Source of the DNA: an uncultured Pseudomonadales bacterium
GTDB taxonomy: Bacteria; Pseudomonadota; Gammaproteobacteria; Pseudomonadales; CANNCY01
Direction of reading: 5' to 3'
Length of the DNA stretch: 64,000 bases
NCBI GenBank assembly: GCA_947503335.1
Contig: CANNCY010000001.1
Coordinates: 946,845 to 1,010,844 of the forward strand
Shown here: positions 1 to 8,564 of the stretch, piece by piece
How the letters are laid out: each line of letters opens with the position of its first letter
Numbering within the stretch: position 1 is the first letter of the stretch
Notes under the pieces: generated by a model
The model's database searches: none
What the model saw: only the letters and a program-made list of their open reading frames with translations
Told to the model about the DNA's origin: nothing
Program-made: the position numbers and the translations under genes

Positions 1-108
1 AAGTAATCGTTTTAATGTCTCACCTTCACTGTTCTTCAATCAATAGAGGGGGAGTTCAGGTCAACACCTTGCCTGTAACCTATTGAAATTAAACCGTAAA
101 TACGAAAA

Positions 109-132
109 AAGCCTGCTCTTTCGAGCAGGCTT
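109..132 (-). terminator. Rho-independent terminator hairpin abutting att-like core copy 1
   Basis: 10-bp stem aagcctgctc / gagcaggctt with a 4-nt loop. A run of T follows it on the minus strand. Confidence 0.6.
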
Positions 133-141
133 TCTGTGTAA

Positions 142-157
142 TGGCATCCCGTACGGG
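142..157. repeat. att-like core copy 1, TGGCATCCCGTACGGG (contains the 10-bp palindrome CCCGTACGGG)
   Basis: The same core recurs at 2539-2553 and 62598-62611. Each copy lies 5-9 nt from a terminator hairpin on its low-coordinate side. Confidence 0.55.
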
Positions 158-181
158 AGTCGTGAAAAGCCAAATCTGGGA

Positions 182-308
182 CCCAATATTGGGTATACCC
201 TATAAAATTCAAACACTTAGCGACATTCTAAAGACGAAAAAAACTTTTCAAAAACTTAGTTAAATGCCCAAAGTTGGTACCCAAGCTTGGGATTTACCCA
301 AATTTGGG
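182..308. repeat. Cluster of four CCCAA-NN-TTGGG palindromes (putative protein-binding or arm-type sites)
   Basis: cccaatattggg 182-193, cccaaagttgg 268-278 (imperfect), cccaagcttggg 280-291, cccaaatttggg 297-308. Confidence 0.5.
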
Positions 309-445
309 TAGCAATATTGAGGGCCAAACTTACTGGGGTTTAGGCGATTCGATGCTGCTTAGACAAGAAATAAGCGCAGCTGCCTAAGAATCTGAGTACC
401 TTTGTATCGGCGCTTCATTGTACGTCAGACATGCAAATTATAGCC

Positions 446-474
446 TTGCGCCTATATAGGTCGAGACCTATAAT
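446..474 (+). promoter_or_regulatory. Putative sigma70 promoter and operator of the toxin-antitoxin pair
   Basis: TTGCGC, 17-nt spacer, TATAAT (469-474). Palindrome cctatatagg (451-460) lies in the spacer. The site is 24 nt upstream of the ATG at 498. Confidence 0.4.
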
Positions 475-497
475 ATGGAAAAACATAAGGTTTATAT

Positions 498-842
498 ATG
501 TGGGACGTTAATACAACAGACAGGTTTGATGAGTGGTATGACTCATTAGATGATGTTGACAGAAGTCGGGTCTTATCTAGCTTGATCCTTCTTCAAGAAA
601 AAGGCCCCATGCTATCTAGACCTCATGCAGATACTATTAAAGGTTCAAAGTACCCCAACATGAAAGAACTTAGGGTACAAAGCAAAGGAGATCCGCTGAG
701 AGCATTCTTTGCGTTTGACCCAGAAAGGAAAGGCATTGTGCTATGTGCTGGAAATAAAGCTGGCAATGAAAAGCAGTTTTACGACCGCATGATTCCAATA
801 GCAGACAGCGAATACGCTAACCATTTGACGAAGGTAGGTTGA
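498..842 (+). CDS. Type II toxin, RelE/HigB superfamily (phage Gp49-like)
   Basis: 114 aa. The pattern F..W...L....R..(L)..L...GP.L..P....(I)KGS....ELR...... RAFFAF....IVL..G.K is typical of Gp49/HigB-like toxins. A small HTH gene follows 4 nt downstream. Confidence 0.8.
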   Translation: MWDVNTTDRFDEWYDSLDDVDRSRVLSSLILLQEKGPMLSRPHADTIKGSKYPNMKELRVQSKGDPLRAFFAFDPERKGIVLCAGNKAGNEKQFYDRMIPIADSEYANHLTKVG

Positions 843-846
843 TATT

Positions 847-1149
847 ATGGCCCGTTCACTAAACGAAATGCTTAAAAACGAAAAGCCTGAAGTTGTTGAG
901 CAAGCTCGAACTATGGCTTCAGAGATGCTACTTGAAATTAACTTGGCAGAGCTACGTAAAGAGTTAGAAGTAACTCAAATAAAGATAGCTGAAGCGATGG
1001 GCGTAAAGCAACCTACGGTTGCCGGTATGGAAAAGCCTGGTCAAGACATGAAGCTATCATCACTGAAACGCTACATTGAAGCAGCAGGCGGCAAGCTTCG
1101 TATGGACATTGAGCTACCTGATGGCAGCCATAAGGGTTTCATTGTTTAA
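847..1149 (+). CDS. Type II antitoxin, XRE-type HTH (HigA-like)
   Basis: 100 aa. HTH segment VTQIKIAEAMGVKQPTVAGMEK. Tightly coupled to the upstream toxin in toxin-first order, as in higBA. Confidence 0.8.
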   Translation: MARSLNEMLKNEKPEVVEQARTMASEMLLEINLAELRKELEVTQIKIAEAMGVKQPTVAGMEKPGQDMKLSSLKRYIEAAGGKLRMDIELPDGSHKGFIV

Positions 1150-1214
1150 TATTGATCTGTCGAGTTAGCTATCGCTGGCTCGACATTCACTTACGCACAG
1201 AGTGTTTTTTTCAT

Positions 1215-1798
1215 AAACTAGGGTAATATCTGGCGTTCCCTCACCCGTGCCGGCTGATGTGACGACTCAGATCGGTTATTGTGATATTGCGAAGTATCGT
1301 GTCGCGAGCCATTCAAAAGCTCACGATATGCGACGCCATAGCTGCCCGACTTATCGCTTACGATGGTTCTCGGCATGCCACCCTTATTTGACGCTAAAAG
1401 CCGCTTAAAGAAACGCATGGCCGCCCCTGCCATCTCGACGTTTTTACACCAAGATATCAACGACATCGCCGTCTTGATCCACAGCGCGCCACAGATAATG
1501 GCGCTCACCGCATATATTGATAAATACTTCATCCATAAACCAGGTGTCGCCGAAGCATGATCGCTTTGCTCGTATTCGCTTCTCATATAGCCTGCCGAAC
1601 TTGTTGCACCATTGCCTAATAGACTCTCGTGTAACTGAGATTCCGCGTTCAGCCAGTAAATCTTCTACCTCTCAAAGGCTTAGGCTGAATTTAAAATACG
1701 ACCAAACAGCGAACTGGACAACTGAAGGTGAAAAGCGGTGACGTTTATAAGTAATCATGGGATCATTATCGCTAGTGCTGAGTTAACTTGCCAGTACC
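1215..1798 (-). pseudogene. IS6-family IS copy A: lacks the low-coordinate end and the transposase frame is broken
   Basis: ORF 1218..1586 matches the middle of the intact transposase at 5171..5860 (FFKRLLASNKG..TIVSDK.GSYGVA.RE). The terminal IR gagttaacttgccagtacc is kept at 1780-1798. The N-terminal part continues in a different frame. Confidence 0.8.
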
Positions 1799-2025
1799 AG
1801 GCCTTAAGGTTACTGATGCTAGAGCTGTCTGATAGGTCAACAGTGGCACGCGGGCACATTACGTTCAAAGCTTGAAACAAGTAAAACAATCTTGCTTTCG
1901 TGCTCAATTCTAGTCCACACGTGGACTCGAAGTGAGATATTCGATCTCTATAGGCGACTTAGTTCTGAGTATGGAGGTTTAGGCTTCAGTGAAACTTAAT
2001 AACCGATCTTGGAGGAAAGACTAAA

Positions 2026-2475
2026 ATGAACCTTAATATAACTAAGATTTTCATCTCGATCGCCCTACTATCGATAGCTTCAGTTGTCACCGCACAAGAC
2101 GAGTCGTTTACCTCAAAGCAGCGTGAAGTCATTGCCCTTGAAAAATCATGGGCAGAAGCCATGAAGACAAGGAATCTTGATCGCTTAGAAGAGATTCTGT
2201 CTTTCGACTATCGGTTAGCTTTTATCGACCGAGAGCCCGTGTTACGTGGTACTTGGCTACTCAACACCATGCACAACCTAAAATTCGACTCTATCAACAT
2301 GGAGTTTCATGATGTTGCCGTATTCGGTAACACAGCCGTAGTAAGCATGACTATGCATATGGACTGGAAAACAGAAGACGGAAAGCAAATGCCTAAGGCC
2401 GCTAAGTTAACTGATACGTGGGTGAGAACTAAAGACGGCTGGAAGGTAATCTCAAGAATCAGTGAAAGGCTATAA
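2026..2475 (+). CDS. Secreted NTF2-like (DUF4440/SnoaL-like) protein
   Basis: 149 aa with an N-terminal signal peptide. The W.EA....D...L..(L)...(Y) start and TD(T)W.....GWKV(I) end are typical of DUF4440. A paralog-like gene lies at 26437..26907. Confidence 0.6.
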   Translation: MNLNITKIFISIALLSIASVVTAQDESFTSKQREVIALEKSWAEAMKTRNLDRLEEILSFDYRLAFIDREPVLRGTWLLNTMHNLKFDSINMEFHDVAVFGNTAVVSMTMHMDWKTEDGKQMPKAAKLTDTWVRTKDGWKVISRISERL

Positions 2476-2506
2476 CCTACTGATTTTAATAGCATAAAAA
2501 CGAAAA

Positions 2507-2529
2507 AAGCCTGCTCAATGAGCAGGCTT
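2507..2529 (-). terminator. Terminator hairpin, near-identical copy of 109-132 (only the loop differs)
   Basis: Stem aagcctgctc / gagcaggctt with a 3-nt loop aat. The flanks are identical to copy 1 over about 45 nt. Confidence 0.6.
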
Positions 2530-2538
2530 TCTGTGTAA

Positions 2539-2553
2539 TGGCATCCCGTAGGG
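2539..2553. repeat. att-like core copy 2, TGGCATCCCGTAGGG
   Basis: Direct repeat of 142-157 in the same orientation, with the same spacing to the hairpin. Confidence 0.55.
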
Positions 2554-3038
2554 TAGTGTCCTTGCCCCCAGTTTGATATCAAATTTGACAATATTAACCG
2601 TACAATGTGGCCTGCAGCTTGATTACATGGTTTCAAGAATGCTCTATCAACCTGCTTTGGGAACGTCAAAACAATCATATTTACCACCAAACCATGATAA
2701 TGACTTCAAATTTAGCACCAAATCGAAGCTCGTGGAACAGGCGACTTCACAAAATCGAACATTCATTTCTTTGGATATAGGAACAAGACGAGATTGCTAT
2801 TCAATTAGGGAGATGACACATCGATAATAATCGAGTGCCTCCGAAGGCTTTTGAAGCCGAGTATGTTGAAAAACATAGGGAGTATCTAGAGATACTCACG
2901 CCTTATCAGTTAAGTCGAAATGATTAACATAACGACAGACCTACTTTTCAATGTTATTAATAAATGGAAGTGGGTACCATACGAGAAAATTCTGCTTTTG
3001 ATACCGATTAAATTACGGGTGATTACCCGACCAAATAG

Positions 3039-3127
3039 CGAACTGAGTAACTGAGGGCGAAAAGCGATGGCGTTTATAGGTATTCATGCGATTATTGTCG
3101 CTAGTGCTGAGTTAACTTGCCAGTACC
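3039..3127 (-). mobile_element. 89-bp IS6-family end remnant (copy B)
   Basis: Aligns with 5803-5900 of the intact copy, including the transposase start codon region and the terminal IR at 3109-3127. Confidence 0.8.
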
Positions 3128-3168
3128 TATTTCGTAAAGAATTTATCAGAGCACCAATAATTACTGGT

Positions 3169-4050
3169 CTACATAGGACTATCAACTTCCTGTATCAAAA
3201 ATCCACCTTTATAACGCTTGCCTACGGATTTTTTGAGTTCTCGTAATGACTTGATTGACTCAGTCGGATCTCGTAGAACTTGAATTCCGTAAACGTATCT
3301 GGGACAAGCCAATACAGCATCGACATGAACACCCTTGTATTTTTCGAAGTAGTAAAGGCTCCAAGGGCAAGACTCGCCTACGACCTCAGCGCTTAGTTTG
3401 GCTATTACTACATTCCTCAACAGGCTACGCCCATGGTTAGCGATGTCATTCCAACAGTACCGGGGATCAGCTGCTATCCGCCATCCATCCTCATAATCTG
3501 AGAAAACATATTTTGGCGTTCTTCTGATTCTAGAGTTTGTAAGTAAGTACGGCTGGATTCTACTAACCTTTGAGTTATGTTCAAGATATGACAATACGCG
3601 CGCAACCTGTGTCGACTGTTTTTTCAAATACTTAGCTATCCTTGCCTGGTTGAGCGCTCCATCGTCGGAGAGAATGATGGACTTGGATACAAGCTGTATC
3701 AGCTCGATTCGCTCCTGCTGCATAGAGTATTCCGCATAGGAATCCTGCTCCTCACATCCGCGTGACTTTAAAGTACTTAGGGCACGTTTGTGGCATCCAA
3801 AGGCAGCCACAAATAAAGGTTCCTGATCAGAAATCGTGGTAGTCAACCCTGCAGTAACTGGAGTTAAATCAGATAGCGATATCCCAACATCTCGAAGACT
3901 TTCAGAAGAAGAATAACTGAACTGATTCGCGCCCAAACTCAAAAAGCTGAACCACCTTACTGGAGTACCCTTTCCGGAATCTCTCGGCGAAGCTTCTCGA
4001 GCACTAATAAAAGACCTATATATCAAATCAAAAACATCACTCACGAGCAT
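3169..4050 (-). CDS. Hypothetical protein with a central winged-HTH-like segment
   Basis: 293-aa ORF. The segment ARIAKYLKKQSTQVARVLSYLEHNSKV looks MarR/wHTH-like. No other motif recognised. Confidence 0.5.
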   Translation of the reverse strand: MLVSDVFDLIYRSFISAREASPRDSGKGTPVRWFSFLSLGANQFSYSSSESLRDVGISLSDLTPVTAGLTTTISDQEPLFVAAFGCHKRALSTLKSRGCEEQDSYAEYSMQQERIELIQLVSKSIILSDDGALNQARIAKYLKKQSTQVARVLSYLEHNSKVSRIQPYLLTNSRIRRTPKYVFSDYEDGWRIAADPRYCWNDIANHGRSLLRNVVIAKLSAEVVGESCPWSLYYFEKYKGVHVDAVLACPRYVYGIQVLRDPTESIKSLRELKKSVGKRYKGGFLIQEVDSPM

Positions 4051-4256
4051 AATCCTATTTACTTTTGCATCTCAATATGTCTTAGCTGCAATGACCGAAA
4101 TTATCCCTATAACCTACGCTAAACCACCATTAACAGTGGGCAAAAAGAATAATTCATACGAAATATTACAGCAAAATCTCTGTCTAGCTCGAAAGTCTTT
4201 AGAAAAATTTTGTTGTTTAAGATGCATTCGACTCAAAAACAAAGGAGGAGTCTTAC

Positions 4257-4613
4257 ATGAAAAGGAATAGACTAGACGTAGTAAAAGATGCAATCGAAGC
4301 AACTGATAAAGGATTGAAAACTAACCGCGCTATAAACGCCCTATGCCGCGACTATCTAGATCTCTATTGTCAATCGGGGTGGGACAGCATCACGAAGCAA
4401 GGCCCTATCCTTATCGAACTAGCGACGGATGCTGTTAAGTGGGTAATTAAAGAAGGCACTTGGAACGATGGCGCTCCTGCTAGTTACCCTGACAGCATGA
4501 TCGATGCATACGAAGAAGGTTGCGAATGGAATTCATTAAGAAAGAAAGTTCTTGAGCGTATGTATAGCTGTCAAAAAGATGAATTCCTAGAGCTGCAAGA
4601 TCATCTTTATTAA
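4257..4613 (+). CDS. Hypothetical protein
   Basis: 118-aa ORF with RBS aaaggagg 5-6 nt upstream, divergent from 3169..4050. No motif recognised. Confidence 0.5.
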   Translation: MKRNRLDVVKDAIEATDKGLKTNRAINALCRDYLDLYCQSGWDSITKQGPILIELATDAVKWVIKEGTWNDGAPASYPDSMIDAYEEGCEWNSLRKKVLERMYSCQKDEFLELQDHLY

Positions 4614-4620
4614 CGTACAC

Positions 4621-5118
4621 GGTACTGGCAAGTTAACTATACAGGCTAGCCGGAATCAACCAATCAATGCATTCAACTTGCCGTCACACAACGCCAGACG
4701 CAAAGGCTTTGTTGCGGCGCTTTTTCGTAAGCGCCGCGTTACATAAATGTCGCTGAATATTAAATAAATTGTATACCGCTGAGTGGAGATTCAGAAAACG
4801 CTTTGCCTGTCTCATTGATTTGAATCGCCTCATCTGGCGCTCCCTCACTCGGGTAGGCTGATGTGACGACTCAGACCGGTTATTGTGATATTGCGAGGTA
4901 TTGTGGCGCGAGCCTTTAAAAAGCTCCCGATGTGCGACGCCATAGCTGCCCAGCTTATCGCTTACGATCGCTCTCGGCTTATCGCCCTTGTTCGACGCTA
5001 GCAACCGCTTAAAGAAGCGCTTGGCCGCCCTACTATCTCGGCGTTTTTGCACCAAAATATCAACGACATCGCCGTCTTGATCTACAGCGCACCACAAATA
5101 ATGGCGCTCACCGCGTAT
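4621..5118 (-). pseudogene. IS6-family IS copy C: low-coordinate IR plus the 3' part of the transposase, cut off by copy D
   Basis: IR ggtactggcaagttaac at 4621-4637. ORF 4684..5097 equals the C-terminal 137 aa of the transposase. Homology stops exactly where the IR of copy D begins at 5119. Confidence 0.85.
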
Positions 5119-5900
5119 GGTACTGGCAAGTTAACTCGACAACCCAGCCAAAATCAACCGGCCAATAGCTTTAACCTGCCGTTACGCAACGCCAAGACGC
5201 AAAAGCGTCATCGCGGCGCTTTCTCGTGAGCGCCGCACTGCATAAATGTCGTTGAATATTAAATAGATTATAAACCGCTGAATGGATATTGAGAAAACAC
5301 TGAGCTTGCCGCACTGATTTGAATCGCCTCATCTGGCGTTCCCTCACTCGTGTTGGCTGATGTGACGACTCGGACCGGTTATTGTGATATTGCGAAGTAT
5401 CGTGCCGCGAGCCATTCAAAATCTCACGGTGTGCGACACCATAGCTGCCCAGTTTATCGCTTACAATCGTTCTAGGCCTACTACCCTTATTTGACGTTAG
5501 CAGGCGCTTAAAGAAACGCTTGGCCGCCCTACTATCTCGGCGCTTTTGCACCAGTATATCAACGACATCTCCGTCTTGATCCACAGCCCGCCAGAGATAA
5601 TGGCGCTCACCCCGTATATTGATAAATACTTCATCCATAAACCAGGTGTCACCGAAGCAAGGTTGCTTTGCTCGCAGCCGCTTCTCATATAGCCTACCGA
5701 ACTTGTTACACCAATGCCTTATAGACTCTCGTGTGACTGAGATTCCGCGTTCGGCCAATAAGTCCTCGACATCACGAAGACTTAGACTGAATTTAAAGTA
5801 AGACCAAACAGCGAACTGGATAACTGAAGGTGAAAAGCGATGACGTTTATAGGTATTCATGTGACCATTGTCGCCAGTAACGAGTTAACTTGCCAGTACC
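5119..5900 (-). mobile_element. Intact IS6-family insertion sequence (782 bp)
   Basis: Perfect 20-bp terminal inverted repeats, ggtactggcaagttaactcg at 5119-5138 and its reverse complement at 5881-5900. A single transposase ORF lies inside. Confidence 0.9.
5171..5860 (-). CDS. IS6-family DDE transposase
   Basis: 229 aa. Size and sequence are typical of IS6/IS26-like Tnp (WFMDEVFI, WRAVDQDG.V.D.LV, SDK.GSY, HNNR.E.SHQP.R.RE). Confidence 0.9.
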   Translation of the reverse strand: MNTYKRHRFSPSVIQFAVWSYFKFSLSLRDVEDLLAERGISVTRESIRHWCNKFGRLYEKRLRAKQPCFGDTWFMDEVFINIRGERHYLWRAVDQDGDVVDILVQKRRDSRAAKRFFKRLLTSNKGSRPRTIVSDKLGSYGVAHREILNGSRHDTSQYHNNRSESSHQPTRVRERQMRRFKSVRQAQCFLNIHSAVYNLFNIQRHLCSAALTRKRRDDAFASWRCVTAG

Positions 5901-6092
5901 TTCCAGCAATATGGGAAACGAAATTACAAGCTGGCGGGTGGTTTATAGATGTCCCTGAAGACATCTTTGATAGTGGCGCAGGTATAGGAGACGGTTTGGC
6001 TGGCGAGCCAAATGTTAACTATGTTGCAATCGGCCATATATGTGTTCAGACGCTACTGTACACTCTTTGACAATCAGCGGAAATGGGAGCGA

Positions 6093-6944
6093 CTATAGCC
6101 GCTCCCATTTTCCGGATTCGAAGTTATATTGCTCGTAGGCTTGTAAATGTTCATGTGACACGCCGAATGAGTTAATTTGGTCTTTCAGGTTCTCCGCTTG
6201 CCCAAATCCAAGGTAAGCCTCGTTATATCGTGACTGGCTGAGTGTACTGTTAATAAACGGAGCATGTAGGTATTCTCGCAATTTAAACGTTGAGCCAAAT
6301 GTCTCTTTTGAAATATCTAAGGCGCCAAATCTGCGAGTAACGTTGTCGGGCCCGCGCTCAAATTCGATGATCTCAATGATGCGATCTCTAAAGGCCGCTG
6401 CGGATTGTCGTAGCGCTTCGTTAGCGTTGAGCTTAGAAGCTATGAACTCTGATAGCGGCTGACTTGAGGACATTACAATAATTTGGTTATTTGCATCGAT
6501 CGAGAACTCCCATGGCTGAGCACTCGCGAGCGGGTACTCACGCGCAAGTTTTCGAGCAGCGCTAATGTAGTCCTCCCAAAGGGTACTGGCAACATCGCCC
6601 ATGCCACCAATGAGCATACCAAATAGTGCTTCACCATGACGCCACGATTGCTCCCGCCCCGTTTCCTGAATCGACGGATCTTTGACGACAGGCCTTACCC
6701 ACTTAAGATCTTGTATTTCGAGTCCTTCAGGGCCGTGAGTCAATCGGTCGGCGCGTTCTGCCAGCAGCCCCTTGAGGATCACCCCCTCGGTACGGTCAGT
6801 ACGACGGATATTCGCCTGATCACCTGTTACGTATTCAGACTGTACGGGATCAGCGGCACTGTCTGTAACGCGTACATCGTCCAGCGGGTTAAGTAAGGGC
6901 TGAGCCCACTGGGGCGTGGCAGTTGGCACTGGAGGAATCTTCAT
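6093..6944 (-). CDS. Hypothetical protein (orphan, locally GC-rich)
   Basis: 283-aa ORF. No recognisable motif. An 11-bp-stem hairpin overlaps its stop codon (6081-6110). Confidence 0.5.
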   Translation of the reverse strand: MKIPPVPTATPQWAQPLLNPLDDVRVTDSAADPVQSEYVTGDQANIRRTDRTEGVILKGLLAERADRLTHGPEGLEIQDLKWVRPVVKDPSIQETGREQSWRHGEALFGMLIGGMGDVASTLWEDYISAARKLAREYPLASAQPWEFSIDANNQIIVMSSSQPLSEFIASKLNANEALRQSAAAFRDRIIEIIEFERGPDNVTRRFGALDISKETFGSTFKLREYLHAPFINSTLSQSRYNEAYLGFGQAENLKDQINSFGVSHEHLQAYEQYNFESGKWERL

Positions 6945-7309
6945 TTACTTATTACCTACTGGCTGATCTAATCAGATATCGGCAAACATGACAGCGACTT
7001 TAGAAACAACGGGCTTATTACCTAATGCCAGTTTGTTTAGGTTTCACCTTATTAGTGCGTCATTCGAACTAGCTACAATCACAGGCTCAGCGCCGCAATA
7101 CGATGTTCCCAGAAATGTATCGATAAAGGGTGTAGCTTAGGTATTTTAGATGGGCGCTAATATCAGCTCCTAGTAACGACAAAATGGTTTTACCGGATGC
7201 TTACCAGACTTTAACTAGCTGATATGAATAAGTCTTAACTTGATCTGTCAGGTTTGACTAATAGAACTTAATCAAACCTGACAGTCGCATAAGTGCCCAA
7301 AAGCAGACC

Positions 7310-7528
7310 TTAAGATTTATTGCAGCAACTGCTTCCTTCTTGAATAGGTGGGCATTTAACAGTCCCGTAAGAGCAATAAACGCAACAATCGCCTTTTAAC
7401 GGCTTGAGTAGCGCTTTGCATCCCTCACATTCGTAATACCACTGGCAGGCGTTTGTTGGCATGGTCTCGACCTTACTAAATCCGCATTTGGGACAAGTAA
7501 TCTTAGATTCTAATTCTATACCTTGCAT
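7310..7528 (-). CDS. GDCCVxC-domain metal-binding protein
   Basis: 72 aa, Cys-rich, with a zinc-ribbon-like CPKCG...CEGC and the LKGDCCVYCSYG motif. Overlaps the merC-like stop by 13 nt. Confidence 0.8.
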   Translation of the reverse strand: MQGIELESKITCPKCGFSKVETMPTNACQWYYECEGCKALLKPLKGDCCVYCSYGTVKCPPIQEGSSCCNKS

Positions 7529-7905
7529 ACGGGTTCCTTAACTGGCTTAACGATATCCAACACTGACATAATTACCATCCATGTGATCCCAAAGTAAAAT
7601 AAGTAAGTGCTCCAGTCGTATTGCCACAACGGATAAAGTGCCAGCAATACTGCAATTGGGCCAACTACACTTAATATGCCTCTTACCACATGCTTATGTT
7701 GATACCAGTTGTACGAGTTGACCAATAAAGCGAGTGCAGCAAACAATGGTAATAAAGTATTAACCGCTATTCCTTCAAAATGAGACAGGAAACCAAGCCC
7801 TAGAGCTGATGCTAGTGAACCGAGTGCTGGAAAACATGCTGTGCAGCTAAGTGCGGCTAGCCAAACGCCACCAGAGCCGATTTTATCAAGAATTTTATTA
7901 ATCAT
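7516..7905 (-). CDS. merC: Mercury transporter MerC
   Basis: 129 aa, 4 TM segments. CTACFPALG, GLGFLS..EG and LLPLFAALALL match my recollection of Tn21 MerC. Confidence 0.85.
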   Translation of the reverse strand: MINKILDKIGSGGVWLAALSCTACFPALGSLASALGLGFLSHFEGIAVNTLLPLFAALALLVNSYNWYQHKHVVRGILSVVGPIAVLLALYPLWQYDWSTYLFYFGITWMVIMSVLDIVKPVKEPVCKV

Positions 7906-7927
7906 AATTACCTCTATTTTTGAGGTA

Positions 7928-7958
7928 GTTTAAACTCCGTATATAGGTACAGAGTCAA
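7928..7958 (-). promoter_or_regulatory. MerR-type promoter/operator (19-nt spacer with a dyad)
   Basis: Minus strand reads TTGACT, then ctgtacctatatacggagt (19 nt), then TTAAAC. The dyad is ACTCTGTA..TACGGAGT. Confidence 0.6.
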
Positions 7959-7961
7959 CAG

Positions 7962-8339
7962 CTAACTGAGCGAATTTATTATTGGGCATGAGTTGGGGTC
8001 TTGATTGGCTTTACAAGAATTTGTCATATCTTGAATCACCTGCTCTAGCCGCTGCAAATCAGAAATTTTCTCCCTAATTAATCTGAGTTTCTGTAATCCC
8101 ATAGACTCGACATCAGCACAGCTTCCACTTAGCGACATAAGCGAAGCGACTTCATCAAGTGTAAAACCCAAAGCTTTAGCTTTTAATATGAATTTAAGTT
8201 GATTGACATGTGTGTTGTCATAGATGCGATAACCGCTATCAGGCTTTAGTGGCTGTACAATAAGTCCTTTACGTTCATAGAATCGGACTGTTTCTACGTT
8301 AATGCTTAGTTCTTTAGCCAGCTTTCCAATGGTTTTCAT
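7962..8339 (-). CDS. merR: MerR-family Hg(II)-type regulator
   Basis: 125 aa. N-terminal HTH NVETVRFYERKGL. Cys positions (SGSC, NSC, SCPIINSL) parallel the three metal-binding Cys of MerR. Confidence 0.75.
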   Translation of the reverse strand: MKTIGKLAKELSINVETVRFYERKGLIVQPLKPDSGYRIYDNTHVNQLKFILKAKALGFTLDEVASLMSLSGSCADVESMGLQKLRLIREKISDLQRLEQVIQDMTNSCKANQDPNSCPIINSLS

Positions 8340-8564
8340 AAACAGACTCTCTTAAACAACTAGCATCATTTTATCATTATTAGACAAAAGCTGAACTTCC
8401 GTTAATCGCTTATAGCTGCCTGTCAGATGAAGTCTAAACCTAATCAGCAAAACTGTATGATCAGATATGAGCTACTACAAGTAATTAATGTTATTCAACT
8501 AAATAGTTCTTGATCATCAATTGAGAAATTGAACTCTCAATAAACCTCTGCTGTTAAAGAGAGA

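Noticed and set aside
142-157. The att-like core ends, on the minus strand, in ...CGACTCCCGTACGGGATGCCA. This looks like a tRNA T-loop, acceptor and CCA 3' end, so I considered a tRNA or tmRNA gene here and at the other two copies.
   Set aside because: I could not fold any cloverleaf. No matching 5' acceptor strand (ATCCCGT) or D or anticodon arms exist upstream on the minus strand at any copy. At most it is a 3'-end fragment, so it is reported only as an att-like repeat.
1363-1741. Plus-strand ORFs 1363..1560 and 1517..1741, and likewise 5047..5229, 5619..5801 and 5497..5688.
   Set aside because: They lie antisense or off-frame within IS6 transposase sequence, and the same artefactual ORFs recur in each IS copy.
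2307-2827. ORFs 2307..2690 (minus strand) and 2573..2827 (plus strand).
   Set aside because: The first overlaps the supported NTF2-like gene and runs through the terminator and att core. The second has no RBS and an implausible composition. The region is better explained as element-end non-coding DNA.
5840-6070. ORF 5840..6070, which starts inside the IS6 terminal region and reads out into flanking DNA.
   Set aside because: Its first 20 codons are IS sequence antisense to the transposase start. At best the distal part (5901-6070) is the remnant of a disrupted gene. It is not callable as a CDS.
7245-7284. 13-bp perfect inverted repeat ctgtcaggtttga ... tcaaacctgacag downstream of the mer cluster, considered as its terminator.
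   Set aside because: It has a 14-nt loop and no T-run on either strand, so it is not a canonical intrinsic terminator. Its function is unknown and it has no second copy to suggest a mobile-element end.
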